Shown here: positions 1-8,992 of the stretch, piece after piece | Numbering within the stretch: position 1 is the stretch's first letter | Layout of the letters: the number at the start of each line of letters is the position of its first letter | Assembly: GCA_963771175.1 (NCBI GenBank) | Contig: CAVYSY010000056.1 | Location: 64,001 to 128,000 of the forward strand | From: an uncultured delta proteobacterium | Lineage (GTDB): Bacteria; Myxococcota; Myxococcia; Myxococcales; Myxococcaceae | DNA length: 64,000 nt | Direction of reading: 5' to 3' | Made by a program: the position numbers and the translations under genes | The notes under the pieces: generated by a model | The model's database searches: none | What the model saw: only the letters and a program-made list of their open reading frames with translations | What the model was told of the DNA's origin: nothing

Positions 1-18
1 TAGTCGAAAGGAATTCCG

Positions 19-828
19 ATGCTCAAGTTTCGCTCTGTCGCCCTGCTGGCTGGTGTGACCCTCCTTGGCACCGCCTGCGGTGGCCCCGAGGCCGCCCAGG
101 AGCAGAAGCCCCTGTCGTGGGAGGAGTTCCAGGCGAACGTCTATCAGGAGCCGGAGACTGGCGCGTTCATCTATGCCGGCGACCAGAAGGCCGACAGCGT
201 GGAGGAGCTGCGCGAGGTCTACAACCAGTTCGCCAACGGTGACGTGGGCACGGTGGAGGGCGGGCTGGCCGTCTATTACTCCGGCGGCAAGGACATCAAG
301 TGGACCGCCAGCCAGGCGCTGAACCTGACCTACTGCGTGAGCAGCAAGTTCGGCAGCAACTACAGCAAGGTGGTCAGCGCGATGAACACCGCGACCAGCG
401 CCTGGGAGGGCGCGGGCAAGGTGAACTTCGTCCACGTGTCCGCGCAGGACAGCAACTGCACCAAGAGCAACGGCAACGTGGTGTTCGACGTGAACCCGGT
501 GAACGCGGGTGGCCAGTACCTGGCGCGCGCCTTCTTCCCGAACTCCGCTCGCTCGGGCCGCAACGTGCTCATCGAGAACTCGGCCTTCTCGGCGGGCGCG
601 CCGGGCCTGGACGGGATTCTCCGCCACGAGCTGGGCCACACCCTCGGCTTCCGCCACGAGCACACCCGCCCCGAGGCCGGTGTTTGCTACGAGGACAACG
701 CCTGGCGCGCGCTGACGACGTACGACTCCAGCTCCGTGATGCACTACCCCCAGTGCAACGGCACCAACACCTGGAACCTGACGCTCACCACCAAGGACAA
801 GACCGGCGCGGGCATCCTCTACCCGTAG
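19..828 (+). CDS. M57-family (metzincin-like) zinc metallopeptidase lipoprotein
   Basis: Lipobox-like LLGTAC; zinc motif HELGHTLGFRH; Met-turn SVMHY; AAGGA RBS upstream. Confidence 0.88.
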   Translation: MLKFRSVALLAGVTLLGTACGGPEAAQEQKPLSWEEFQANVYQEPETGAFIYAGDQKADSVEELREVYNQFANGDVGTVEGGLAVYYSGGKDIKWTASQALNLTYCVSSKFGSNYSKVVSAMNTATSAWEGAGKVNFVHVSAQDSNCTKSNGNVVFDVNPVNAGGQYLARAFFPNSARSGRNVLIENSAFSAGAPGLDGILRHELGHTLGFRHEHTRPEAGVCYEDNAWRALTTYDSSSVMHYPQCNGTNTWNLTLTTKDKTGAGILYP

Positions 829-861
829 TCAGGTCGCTCGGGACTCCGAGCTGAAGCACCC

Positions 862-898
862 ACGGGCGGCTCCGAAGAGGGGCCGCCCGTCGTCTTTT
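862..898 (+). terminator. Probable intrinsic terminator after the M57 protease
   Basis: Stem ACGGGCGGCTCC-GAAGA-GGGGCCGCCCGT followed by CGTCTTTT. Confidence 0.65.
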
Positions 899-1021
899 CA
901 TGCAGCACGGAGCGCCTGACGCCGCCGCCGAGGCCGGTTCCCGAAATAATGATTTCCAGGTTCGTCTCGTCTGTCTAGAATTCCAGGTGCTTTATCCGGA
1001 CCCTCTCCACGGAGCACCTCC

Positions 1022-1180
1022 ATGAAGCACATCCGCACCGTCCTCCTCGTCGCCGTCGCCGCCGTTGCCCTGAGTGTCGGCTTTGCCTCCTCCTCCGCGC
1101 AGGCCGCGGACACGTGCGCGCCGTACTGCTACAAGCACCCCATTACGGGTCAGCTCGTCTGCACGGTCCCCTGTCCGTGA
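1022..1180 (+). CDS. 52-aa secreted cysteine-rich micropeptide (absent from ORF track)
   Basis: Manual translation MKHIRTVLLVAVAAVALSVGFASSSAQA-ADTCAPYCYKHPITGQLVCTVPCP*; GGAG RBS at 1011-1014; signal peptide with AQA cleavage site; mostly GC3-rich codons. Confidence 0.75.
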   Translation: MKHIRTVLLVAVAAVALSVGFASSSAQAADTCAPYCYKHPITGQLVCTVPCP

Positions 1181-1200
1181 TTCTGTCCTGACCACGACGT

Positions 1201-1350
1201 CACCTGTCCGATGCGGTCCTCCCTGTGGAGCATGCGCGCGTTGACGCAGGTGGCGGACTGGAGGGCCCGCGGGGGCGTCATGCGGTAATCCACCATGAGT
1301 TCCAACTCGCGGGCGTTGTCCCCGTGGGTGACGACTCCCACGTCGCTGCC
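1201..1350 (-). pseudogene. C-terminal fragment of a metal-dependent amidohydrolase
   Basis: GSDVGVVTHGDNARELELMVDYRMTPPRALQSATCVNARMLHREDRIGQV resembles the amidohydrolase C-terminal GSD..HG.N..E motif; no N-terminal part present. Confidence 0.65.
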
Positions 1351-1389
1351 GAGGTAGGCGACTTATTATAGGTCCGCCTCCTCGCTCCC

Positions 1390-1581
1390 CTACTCGTCCT
1401 CCTCCACCGCCGAGGCATCCTTGCCGAAGGGCGGCGCGAACACGCCGGAGAGCTGCCGCTCCTTGAGTTCCTTGTCGCGCTCCAGGTCGGCGTAGGCCAT
1501 GCCCGGGGACTCGGCATCAGCGGAGCCCCTTGGCGCCTCCTGCTCCCGGAACCGCGAGGCGAGCTTCTTCCACAGGTTCAT
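1390..1581 (-). CDS. Small hypothetical protein (63 aa)
   Basis: MNLWKKLASRFREQ...EEDE; GGAGG RBS; GC3-rich codons. Confidence 0.55.
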   Translation of the reverse strand: MNLWKKLASRFREQEAPRGSADAESPGMAYADLERDKELKERQLSGVFAPPFGKDASAVEEDE

Positions 1582-1870
1582 GGACTTCCTCCCAGGCGGC
1601 GCGGAGCCGCGTACCCGGTGAAGATGCGCACGCCCGGGAGGACGCAGGCCACGACCCCACGGAGCCGTTGCCCGCGGATGCCCTGGGTCCGAAGCGTGAG
1701 GAGGTGAACCGAGCGGGCCCCTTCCGCACGAAGCCTCGTGCGCTCCCATGCCCGCCCGCTCGCAAGGCGCGTGCAAAACGGCATGCTTTGGCGCAGAAGG
1801 CGAGTGAGGAAGGCCCGTGGCCCTCCTCATCACAGCGCGCCGGCAGGCGCGAAGGACGGGCAGGCGTCAG

Positions 1871-3076
1871 ATGGACGAGGTGACCGCGGGAGCATCCGGG
1901 AAGGTGGCGTCGAGGTTGGAGCTGTCGGCGGGGGCACTGGCCGCGAACGTGGCCACGTTCCGCGAGCTGTCCGCGGGAGTGGGCGGGCCGAAGGGGCTCG
2001 GCGCGGTGCTGAAGGGCAACGCGTACGGGCACGGGCTGGCGCAGATGCTGCCGCTGGTACACCCGCTGGTGGACGTCCTCTACTTCATCACGCCGGGGGA
2101 CGCGCTGGCGGCGCGGGCGCTCGAGGAGGCGCGAGGCCTGCCGCGCAAGCAGGTGCTGGTCCTGGGTGCCACGGACGCGGAGGAGGCGGTGGCGCTGGCG
2201 CGAGCGGGCGTGGAGGTGGTGGTGGGGGACGGCTCGTGGCGGGACACGGTGGCGGAGCTGCGCCGCGCGAAGCTGGAGCACCCGCTGCGGGTGCACGTGC
2301 ACGTGGACACGGGGCTGGGCCGCGAGGGCTTCACACCGGGACAGATCGCCGGCGGCGAGCTGGACTTCCTGCGCGAGTCGGCGGACGTGCTGCGGGTGGT
2401 GGGAGCGCTGAGTCACTTCGCCAACACCGAGGACGTGACGGAGCAGAACTACGCCGAGACGCAGGTCGACATCTTCGAGGGCGGGCTGATGGCGCTGCGC
2501 ACGAGCGTGCCGGTGCAGGAGCCCCTGCAGCGGCACATGGCGGCGAGCGCGGCGACGCTGGTGCTTCCGCGAGCGCGCTACGATGCGCAGCGCGTGGGCA
2601 TCTCGCTGTATGGCCTGTGGCCCTCGTCGGAGACGCGGCTGTCGGCGCGGCTGGTGCTCGGCCGGGTGCCGGAGCTGAGGCCGGTGCTCTCCTGGCGCTG
2701 CCCGAGCCAGGTGGTGAAGTGGCTGCCGGCGGGGAGCTACGTGGGCTACGGCTGCACGTACCGCTGCCCCGAGGCGACGCGGGTGGCCATCCTCCCGGTG
2801 GGCTACTTCGACGGCTATCCTCGACTGGTGTCGGGGAAGGGGCACGTGCTGGTGAACGGGCGGCGGTGCCCGGTGCTGGGGCGAGTGATGATGAACCACA
2901 CCATCGTGGACGTGACGCGGGCCACGCACGACGAGCGCCCGCTGACGGCGACGCTCATCGGCAGGGACGGCGACGAGCACCTGCACGTGGAGAGCGTGGC
3001 GGACTGGGCGCAGACGATTCATTACGAAATCACGACGAGGCTGGGAGCCCACCTGCGTCGTGTCGTGGTCCCCTGA
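1871..3076 (+). CDS. alr: Alanine racemase
   Basis: AVLKGNAYGHG PLP-lysine motif, HVHVDTGLGREG, VGYGCTY, GYFDGY, GRVMMN. Confidence 0.93.
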   Translation: MDEVTAGASGKVASRLELSAGALAANVATFRELSAGVGGPKGLGAVLKGNAYGHGLAQMLPLVHPLVDVLYFITPGDALAARALEEARGLPRKQVLVLGATDAEEAVALARAGVEVVVGDGSWRDTVAELRRAKLEHPLRVHVHVDTGLGREGFTPGQIAGGELDFLRESADVLRVVGALSHFANTEDVTEQNYAETQVDIFEGGLMALRTSVPVQEPLQRHMAASAATLVLPRARYDAQRVGISLYGLWPSSETRLSARLVLGRVPELRPVLSWRCPSQVVKWLPAGSYVGYGCTYRCPEATRVAILPVGYFDGYPRLVSGKGHVLVNGRRCPVLGRVMMNHTIVDVTRATHDERPLTATLIGRDGDEHLHVESVADWAQTIHYEITTRLGAHLRRVVVP

Positions 3077-3083
3077 AGCCCGC

Positions 3084-4223
3084 CTAACGCCGCAGCTCGG
3101 GCGTGCACCCGAACACGGTCATGTCCTCGGACACAGTGGAGCACGTCCACCCGGGGCCGCAGGAGCGCAGCTCCATCGGGTCGCACTTGCGGAAGCAGGT
3201 GCTGACGATGGGGCTGCCCACTCCACAGACCTGGCCCTCGGGGCAACTCGCGGACACCAGCGGATTGCAGACGCGGGCGCACCAGGAGACGGCGTGGCCC
3301 CGGGACATGCGCAGGTTGCACCGCTCGCCTTCCGGGCAAGGGGTGTCACGACAGTCCCCCTGGGAGTCCACGAGACATTGATACTGCTCGTCCTGGACGC
3401 GTGAGCAGCGCTGTCCCTCGGGGCAGCCGAGCCGCTGGCAGTCGGGGAAACAACCCGGGCCATTGAGACTGTCGGTACAGAGGAAACCCGAGGAACAACC
3501 CGAGGGCTCACCGGGCACGCACGGCACGGAGCACACCTGGTTGACGCAGCGAAGGCCCTCGCGACAGGAGCCCGCGGGCGAGATGGGTACGGTGTCACAG
3601 GACTCGCCCTCGCGCCGCACGCCCTCGGGGACACAGCGACGGATGACGGTGTTGCCAGTGGCTCCGGTGGTGACGGGCCGACACACGGAGCCGGGAAAGC
3701 AGTGCACATCCTCTTCACACTCGGAGGCCTGACACTCGAAACGGCGCGTCTCGCGATTGGCCACGCAGCCCTGCCCGGGCTGACAGTCTCCATCGGTGCG
3801 ACAGCTTCCACAGTCGAGCCCGGTGGCCGTCCGGTTGCAGCGGATCGCCGAGACCGGGAGACCATCCGACGCGTGCTCCTCCGAGGATGAAGGCAGGACC
3901 GTTACCGGAGGTGGTGCGGGGGAGGAAGAGCGCTCCTCGGAGGCAGGAGCGGGCGCGCCAGGCAAGACGCGGAGCTGACTCCAGGACATGCCCCCCACCA
4001 GACGCGAGGAGGCGGAGACGCTGGCATCGAGCACGGGCGCTCCATGAAGAAGGGCACGGACTCGGGGCCGGGGAAGCTCTGGGAGTGCTTCCAGTCCGTC
4101 CCGTGGAGACTCTCGCGGGCCCGGAGCGAGTGCGGCGGTGGCGAGCTGCCAGAGGAACACGACCAGACCACCAAGGGCCGCGGTGAACGCGACCCGCTTC
4201 GGGCGTGTCCTCTCACGCCGCAT
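3084..4223 (-). CDS. Cysteine-rich exported/membrane-anchored protein
   Basis: N-terminal hydrophobic segment, Ser/Pro linker, then ~34 Cys in repeated C..D.DC..G..C / CPEG..C units. Confidence 0.78.
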   Translation of the reverse strand: MRRERTRPKRVAFTAALGGLVVFLWQLATAALAPGPRESPRDGLEALPELPRPRVRALLHGAPVLDASVSASSRLVGGMSWSQLRVLPGAPAPASEERSSSPAPPPVTVLPSSSEEHASDGLPVSAIRCNRTATGLDCGSCRTDGDCQPGQGCVANRETRRFECQASECEEDVHCFPGSVCRPVTTGATGNTVIRRCVPEGVRREGESCDTVPISPAGSCREGLRCVNQVCSVPCVPGEPSGCSSGFLCTDSLNGPGCFPDCQRLGCPEGQRCSRVQDEQYQCLVDSQGDCRDTPCPEGERCNLRMSRGHAVSWCARVCNPLVSASCPEGQVCGVGSPIVSTCFRKCDPMELRSCGPGWTCSTVSEDMTVFGCTPELRR

Positions 4224-4369
4224 GTGCTGCGCCTCTCATGTGTCTTCCCCTCCGTGACGCTGGGCTTTACCGCTTCACGGTGCGCTGGTCCCTGGGGCCC
4301 GCCTCTCCCTGTGTCGGGGGAGGGGGCGACGGGGTACCACATCCACTTCAGATCCAGCTCAAGTCACCG

Positions 4370-4540
4370 TCAGCAAGCGTAGACGTCACAACACATGAGG
4401 TAGCCCCCGTCCGAGCCACAACCACACGGTGCACAGTTCCAGCACTCCTTGTTCATTGCATACGCGGCCCCTCCACCGAGAGCGGCTGCGGTAGCGATGA
4501 TCAACATCCAACGGCGCCAGCGGGTCTTGTTCGTTTGCAT
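4370..4540 (-). CDS. 56-aa secreted cysteine-rich peptide
   Basis: MQTNKTRWRRWMLIIATAAALGGGAAYA-MNKECWNCAPCGCGSDGGYLMCCDVYAC*; GGAGGA RBS; AYA signal cleavage site; 7 Cys in the 28-aa mature part. Confidence 0.72.
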   Translation of the reverse strand: MQTNKTRWRRWMLIIATAAALGGGAAYAMNKECWNCAPCGCGSDGGYLMCCDVYAC

Positions 4541-4576
4541 GACGTCCTCCGGGTTCACAACGGGAAACCAGGCAGC

Positions 4577-5494
4577 TCACAACGCGACGCCCTCTGGCGG
4601 GGCCTGGCGGGCCCCACCCCTCCCCCGCATCTCCAACTCGAACCGGGCCCCCTCATCCCGAGGCAGCGCACCGGTGACGACGACGAGCCATCCCCACCCA
4701 CCGGGAGGGAGTGACTCGGGCTCCATGCGAAGGGCCCGCACCTCCACCTCGCCTCCTCCCCCCGCGTGATGCACCCGAACCGCGCCGGGCTCCCAGGGCC
4801 GCAGCGGATCGGGATTCCTCACCCTCACCACGAAGCCGGACAGTCCTCCCGCGTGGAACGGGCGCCGCTCCAGCTCGAGCCCCGCGCCCGGACGCCAGAG
4901 CGCCGACGTCACGTCCAAGGACATGCGCTCGGAGCGTCCGGCGAGTCCCAACATCACCTCCGCGAGCCGGCCGGCCCGCCCCTCGCCCCCACGGGCCCGC
5001 TGCCGCTCCGGCCACTCCGCGCGCCCCTCCCGCAGCCCACGCAGGTGCTCACGCCATGCCGTGGACACGAGTGCCAGGCGGCGCGGCTCGCTCCTCGCGA
5101 CGCGCACCTGCACGTCCACCTCGGTGGGGCTGGCGACGAGCACGAAGGGCAACCGCGTGCCCTCCGCGAGCACCACTTGGAGTGTCACCTGCTCGCCCGC
5201 TGGGAGTTCCTCGCGGGGCGTGACGACGAGGAAGTCATTGCCCAGCAGCAGGGGCTCGAAGCGCCCATGCGTGTCGTGCAGACGCGTGCGCACCGCGTCC
5301 AGGGCGGTGTCGAAACGGAGCCGCGTCGCCGTCCGGGCGGCCACACGCACCTCCTCGACCCGACCCGACCCCGTGACAGCACGCAGCCTCGGCTTTCGCC
5401 CCTCCGGCTGCGCCTCCACCCCCGACGCGGAGACACGCATGGCGACCAGGACCAGCATGACGCAAAAAGTCATCCCGGTGTGTCCTGACCTCAT
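4577..5494 (-). CDS. DUF2381-family myxobacterial protein
   Basis: Signal-like N-terminus; VRVAARTATRLRFDTAL, LAEGTRLPFVLV..EVDVQVRV and NPDPLRPWEP..LPPGGWG patterns typical of DUF2381; start uncertain. Confidence 0.72.
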   Translation of the reverse strand: MRSGHTGMTFCVMLVLVAMRVSASGVEAQPEGRKPRLRAVTGSGRVEEVRVAARTATRLRFDTALDAVRTRLHDTHGRFEPLLLGNDFLVVTPREELPAGEQVTLQVVLAEGTRLPFVLVASPTEVDVQVRVARSEPRRLALVSTAWREHLRGLREGRAEWPERQRARGGEGRAGRLAEVMLGLAGRSERMSLDVTSALWRPGAGLELERRPFHAGGLSGFVVRVRNPDPLRPWEPGAVRVHHAGGGGEVEVRALRMEPESLPPGGWGWLVVVTGALPRDEGARFELEMRGRGGARQAPPEGVAL

Positions 5495-5695
5495 GCATCA
5501 CATAACCTAACAAGCAAGGCGGAAGGTGGGGAGGGCTGAAGTTGGATTACGTGAACCCACCAACTCAGACCAGAGGGTGAGGCCCATGTAATTCATCATC
5601 CTCACGCATTGCGTCACAAACCCTCGAACAGGGCGGGAACGGCGAAACCCGCAAGGGATTGTTTGACCGGCGAGAAAGGGCTGGGCTATCAAATA

Positions 5696-5716
5696 TGAAA
5701 ATTGATTCAGTCGTCA
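5696..5716. promoter_or_regulatory. Candidate TetR operator, site 1
   Basis: Imperfect palindrome TGAAA-AT-TGATTCA-GT-CGTCA; 16/21 identical to the reverse complement of 15698-15718; just downstream of a TTGACC -35-like box at 5663. Confidence 0.5.
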
Positions 5717-5847
5717 CTTTCAGCTTCGTCGGCATGCGGTGAGTGCACTGGGAGCAAGAGGCGGCTCTCGACGCACTGCGCGACGAAGATGATTTTCATC
5801 AAGCGGGGCCTGGCGCCTCGCGCAACAACCCCGAAGGAGCGGCGCAG

Positions 5848-6903
5848 ATGACCCAACCAGCCCGAGTCGTGGAGCAGCGCGACATCCAGACGAAGCGGCT
5901 CACCATGCACGTGCGCACCACTGGTGAGGACGGCTTTCCGGTGGTGTTCGTGCATGGCAACTGTTCCTCCTCCGCCTTCTTCGGAACCCTGATGGCGCGC
6001 CTGCCCAAGGGGCTGCGCGGCATCGCCCCGGACCTGCGCGGCTACGGCGACACCGAGCCCAAGCCCATCGACGCCACGCGCGGCATGCGCGACCACAGCG
6101 ACGACGTGGCCTCGCTGATGGAGGCGCTCTCCATTCCGCGTGCCCTCTTCGTGGCCCACTCGGCGGGCGCGGGCGCGGTGATGCAGCTCGCCATCGACCA
6201 CCCGGAGCGCGTGGTGGGCCTGGTGCTGGAGGCCCCCGTCTCCCCGTTTGGCTTCGGCGGCACGCGGGATGCGGACGGCACCCCCTGCTGGCCGGACTTC
6301 GCGGGCTCGGGTGGCGGCACCGCCAACCCCGACTTCGTGCAGCGCCTGGCGAAGAAGGACCGCTCGGCGGAGAGCCAGACGTCCCCGCGCAACGTGATGA
6401 ACGGCTGCTACGTGAAGCCGCCCTTCAAGGCGCCCAACGAGGAGGCGCTGCTGGACTCGGTGCTCTCCACCCGCGTGTCGGACGTGCACTACCCCGGCAC
6501 CTTCGAGCAGAGCCCCAACTGGCCGGGCGTCGCCCCGGGCACCACGGGGATGAACAACTCCTTCGCGCCCAAGTACTTCAACCTGAGCGCGTTCGCCTCG
6601 CTCGCCCAGAAGCCGGACGTGCTGTGGATTCGCGGCGCGGATGACGTCATCGTCTCCGACACCTCGCTCTTCGACTTCGGCTACCTCGGCAAGCTGGGCG
6701 CCATCCCCGGCTGGCCCGGCGAGGACAAGTACCCGCCGCAGCCGATGGTCAGCCAGACGCGCAAGCTCTTCGAGCGCTACGCGGCCAATGGTGGGCACTT
6801 CCGCGAGGAGGTGCTCGTGGACACCGGCCACAGCCCGCACGTGGAGAGGCCGCAGGAGTTCGAGCGGCTCGCCTTCCCGTTCCTCCAGGAGCACGCCCGC
6901 TGA
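5848..6903 (+). CDS. Alpha/beta hydrolase
   Basis: VVFVHGN, PDLRGYG, nucleophile elbow AHSAG, GADDVIV, GHSPH; AAGGAG RBS. Confidence 0.9.
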   Translation: MTQPARVVEQRDIQTKRLTMHVRTTGEDGFPVVFVHGNCSSSAFFGTLMARLPKGLRGIAPDLRGYGDTEPKPIDATRGMRDHSDDVASLMEALSIPRALFVAHSAGAGAVMQLAIDHPERVVGLVLEAPVSPFGFGGTRDADGTPCWPDFAGSGGGTANPDFVQRLAKKDRSAESQTSPRNVMNGCYVKPPFKAPNEEALLDSVLSTRVSDVHYPGTFEQSPNWPGVAPGTTGMNNSFAPKYFNLSAFASLAQKPDVLWIRGADDVIVSDTSLFDFGYLGKLGAIPGWPGEDKYPPQPMVSQTRKLFERYAANGGHFREEVLVDTGHSPHVERPQEFERLAFPFLQEHAR

Positions 6904-6991
6904 AGTCGCGCTCGGGCGCGCCGGCCCCGTGCTGGCGCGCCCTCCCTGTCTCTCCCCGTCGTCGGAATCCCCATGCAGTGATGGAGGTCAT

Positions 6992-8935
6992 ATGAAGACG
7001 TCATTGAAGCTGTCGCTCTCCGCGGCGGCGCTGCTGACCGCGCCCCTGGCCGGAGCCGCCCTACCCACGGACCTGGCCCCGTATTTCGATACCAACGCCG
7101 CACCGGCCAACACCTACCGGGTCGTCGGGACGTACACGCCCCCGAGCTGGTCCTGGGGTCAGATCGAGCTGCTCGAGGGCCAGCAGCTCTTCCGCACCGA
7201 GTACTACAACCGCCGCACGGAGAAGCTGCGCGACCAGGACACCTACCAGTCCTCCCAGTATGCGCTGCGCACGTATTTCGGCTCGCTCAACCAGCAGCTC
7301 GTGAACGGGTTCAACCTCTACTACAACAACACCTGTGCCACGACGGCGGGGAGCACCTGCCCGGTGCCGGGCCCCACCCGCCCCGAGGCGCGCTTCGTGC
7401 TGCTGCACAAGGGCCCGAAGACGGCGGCGCGCACCTGCAACGTGAACCTGACGCCCACGCTGCTGGTACACGGCGCCATGCAGGACGGCAACGTGTGGCT
7501 CTTCCCCAACGGCAACGACGGGACGGGCAGCGCGTACGGCGGCGCCTCGCAGGTGACGGGCTTCGTGCAGGACCTGGAGACGAAGGGCCGCTGCGTGTAC
7601 GCCGTCACCTTCGGCTCCTTCCACGGTGACAACTTCAGCCAGGCCACCAACGTGGCCAACGCGGTGAAGCGCATCAAGGCGCTGCACCCGGGTGTGGCGC
7701 GCGTGGACGTGGTGGGGTGGAGCAAGGGCGTGGTCTCGGTGGACGCGTGGCTCACCAACGCCCCCACCTGGACGGGCTTCAGCACCACGCGCTTCTTCGA
7801 GCGCATGGCGGCGGAGCAGGCCAAGGCGGTGCCGGCCTATGACGACTCGGTGCGCACCTACGTGGCGCTGAGCGGGCCGCACAAGGGCATCGACCTGAAC
7901 TTCCGCCACCCCATCCACACGCTCACCATCCCCAGCACCTCGAACAACGCGCCGGTGGGCCGCGGCCCCATGCCGTGGACGTACTTCTCCGCCTTCCAGT
8001 GCGTGAACTGGGGCCCGGACGTGCCCTGGTACAACAACCCCTACGCGGAGAGCGTGTGCGAGGGCTCCGGCGGCACCTGGCCGGACTACTTCCGCCGCAT
8101 CTACGTCTCCAACATCACCAGCCTGGACTCCACCGGCAAGCCCGTCACCGGCGGCACGCTGCAGACGCTGAACGTGAACCAGGGCGTGTCCTCGAGCTCG
8201 TTCAACTTCGACGAGTTCAACATGAGCCTCTTCGGCAGCGTGAACGACAGCGGCAAGTACGTGAACGCCTTCGTGGGCCAGCTCCAGGTGGCGGAGGATC
8301 TGCGGAGCCTCTACCCCATCCCGGACCGCAGCGCCTCCGCGTGGGATGACGTGGACCAGGACGAGGCGCGCTACTTCCCGTGGGTGGACCAGAAGCTCGT
8401 CTACAACCCGTACAACCCGTTCATCGCGGCGGGCTACCTGAACAACACCCACACCCAGTGCAAGTCGACGGCGTTCGATCCGGTGGGCAGCCCCTGCTAC
8501 GCCTACCACGCGTACAACACCAACCAGAACCGCGAGGGCTACGACTCGCTGGGCTATGCCAAGTACCGCATCATCCAGAGCCTCGGCATGGCGGCGGCCA
8601 AGGAGATGGGCGGCAAGTTCATGACCCGGCTGGCCGAGCGCGGCCTGGACTCGCGGCTGCCCTCGCTCTACGTCCTCTACGGCACCACGTACGGGGCGAC
8701 CACGGACACGCGCTTCGAGACGGACGGCATGACCTGCACCACCTGCTCGGTGAATGGTGACGGCGTGCTGTTCAACGCGAGCATCGCCGCGGTGAACCAG
8801 CTCACCCAGGGCTGGACGACCACCAAGAAGACCGCGGACTCCAAGCAGGAGGGCGTGCCCTACGGTCACCTCGAGGTGGGTGTCACCCCGGCCGTCTGGA
8901 GCAAGATCTCCACCCACTTCGCCTCGCGCGACTGA
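6992..8935 (+). CDS. Secreted lipase/esterase-like alpha/beta hydrolase with large insertions
   Basis: Signal peptide MKTSLKLSLSAAALLTAPLAGA; LLVHG oxyanion motif; VDVVGWSKG lipase box; C-terminal DGV and GHL candidate Asp/His; GGAGG RBS. Confidence 0.78.
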   Translation: MKTSLKLSLSAAALLTAPLAGAALPTDLAPYFDTNAAPANTYRVVGTYTPPSWSWGQIELLEGQQLFRTEYYNRRTEKLRDQDTYQSSQYALRTYFGSLNQQLVNGFNLYYNNTCATTAGSTCPVPGPTRPEARFVLLHKGPKTAARTCNVNLTPTLLVHGAMQDGNVWLFPNGNDGTGSAYGGASQVTGFVQDLETKGRCVYAVTFGSFHGDNFSQATNVANAVKRIKALHPGVARVDVVGWSKGVVSVDAWLTNAPTWTGFSTTRFFERMAAEQAKAVPAYDDSVRTYVALSGPHKGIDLNFRHPIHTLTIPSTSNNAPVGRGPMPWTYFSAFQCVNWGPDVPWYNNPYAESVCEGSGGTWPDYFRRIYVSNITSLDSTGKPVTGGTLQTLNVNQGVSSSSFNFDEFNMSLFGSVNDSGKYVNAFVGQLQVAEDLRSLYPIPDRSASAWDDVDQDEARYFPWVDQKLVYNPYNPFIAAGYLNNTHTQCKSTAFDPVGSPCYAYHAYNTNQNREGYDSLGYAKYRIIQSLGMAAAKEMGGKFMTRLAERGLDSRLPSLYVLYGTTYGATTDTRFETDGMTCTTCSVNGDGVLFNASIAAVNQLTQGWTTTKKTADSKQEGVPYGHLEVGVTPAVWSKISTHFASRD

Positions 8936-8992
8936 CGCGAAGGCGGGGTGAAGTACGAGGCGGATGCCGGCACGCGCTGGCATCCGCCTTCT

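Noticed and set aside
4370..4540. RiPP (ranthipeptide/lanthipeptide) precursor
   Set aside because: Has a Sec-type signal peptide and no radical SAM, LanM or YcaO enzyme nearby
5510..5690. Possible c-di-GMP/GEMM riboswitch around AAACCCGCAAGGG
   Set aside because: Only a short GNRA-type hairpin; the remaining conserved GEMM elements were not found
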